Source: Phoronis australis | Taxonomy: Eukaryota; Animalia; Phoronida | DNA: 64,000 nt | Direction of reading: 5' to 3' | NCBI GenBank assembly: GCA_002633005.1 | Contig: NMRA01000785.1 | Coordinates: forward strand, 62,001 to 126,000 | In this document: positions 63,341-64,000 of the stretch, in pieces | Numbering within the stretch: position 1 is the stretch's first letter | Layout of the letters: each line of letters starts with the position of its first letter | The notes under the pieces: model-generated | Seen by the model: the letters and a program-made list of their open reading frames with translations, nothing else | Database searches by the model: none | What the model was told of the DNA's origin: nothing | Translations under genes and position numbers: made by a program

Positions 63341-64000
63341 CTGCAAAACATGGACAATTAGAACCCCAGCGAAGTGGTGGCAACAGGCTAGTCTTAAGGA
63401 AACGGTGTTCGAGGTGAGGACACTCGTTTGTGTTCTCTGGTTCCGCCGGGTCAGCTGGCTAAGATAATTGATTCTCAAAGAATATATGTCCGGCTTAGAA
63501 ACCGATCGGTTGTCCTAGCCGTTGATCACGTGAAATCGGTGATTCCAATCAAACTTAGCTTCAGTCAGACATGCAAACTGTTCAATGTGTGCTGGAGAAT
63601 AATAGGGAACATCATATGTCATGCTCAGTGTCCATTTCTGAGCGCAATATGCTGCATGTACATGTACATGCGTTTGTTGATTACAACAAGAACTAAATCG
63701 TTTTACATTAGGAAGACAAGTTAAACGGACGTTCACGGCGTGAACTTATTTTACAGAATTTAGCAGAGGCGCGGAATCATGAAACACCCTAACTTCGCAG
63801 TACCAGCCGCACTCTCAAGCATTAAATACAGTGTACATGCAGCAGTACATTTTAAGCGCATTTAAAGGCCTAGGGCACCGGCATAGAGTTCTGTGAATTT
63901 CGGCAGACAACTGTTCGAATTGGCGATTAATGATAAAATCACAAAAATAAGGGGTTTGATTGTTTAAAGCTCAGACAAAAGTTTATAAGAAGTCTACCAA

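Overview
This is AT-rich (roughly 38-40% GC by eye) animal genomic DNA with spliceosomal GT-AG introns, most likely from a heterozygous marine invertebrate draft assembly. It is not prokaryotic, and I found no CRISPR array, rRNA or intact tRNA. I reconstructed these genes by hand from splice signals and protein recognition: an MS4A/CD20-like four-TM protein (4519-5133 +); a small basic 'RxSRPT/NRLS'-repeat protein (about 18923-19812 +); a 3-exon orphan two-TM protein (25019-30817 +); an intron-containing H1.0/H1-delta-like linker histone (33727-34498 -); a 12-exon ZGPAT (41990-50021 -) head-to-head, 270 bp apart, with a 9-exon C9orf78/TLS1 (50292-60100 +); and the last exon of a DxD glycosyltransferase-like gene (62539-63340 -). 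Mobile DNA includes a dead non-LTR retrotransposon tail, an internally deleted Kolobok-type element (TTAA TSD, convergent THAP and KolX-like remnants) and several MITE families with 5-bp and 6-bp TSDs. Five near-identical tandem segment pairs each adjoin a single 'n' and are most likely uncollapsed haplotypes. They are still useful, because they expose synonymous-only variation and insertion polymorphisms. All homology calls are from recognition, not database searches.
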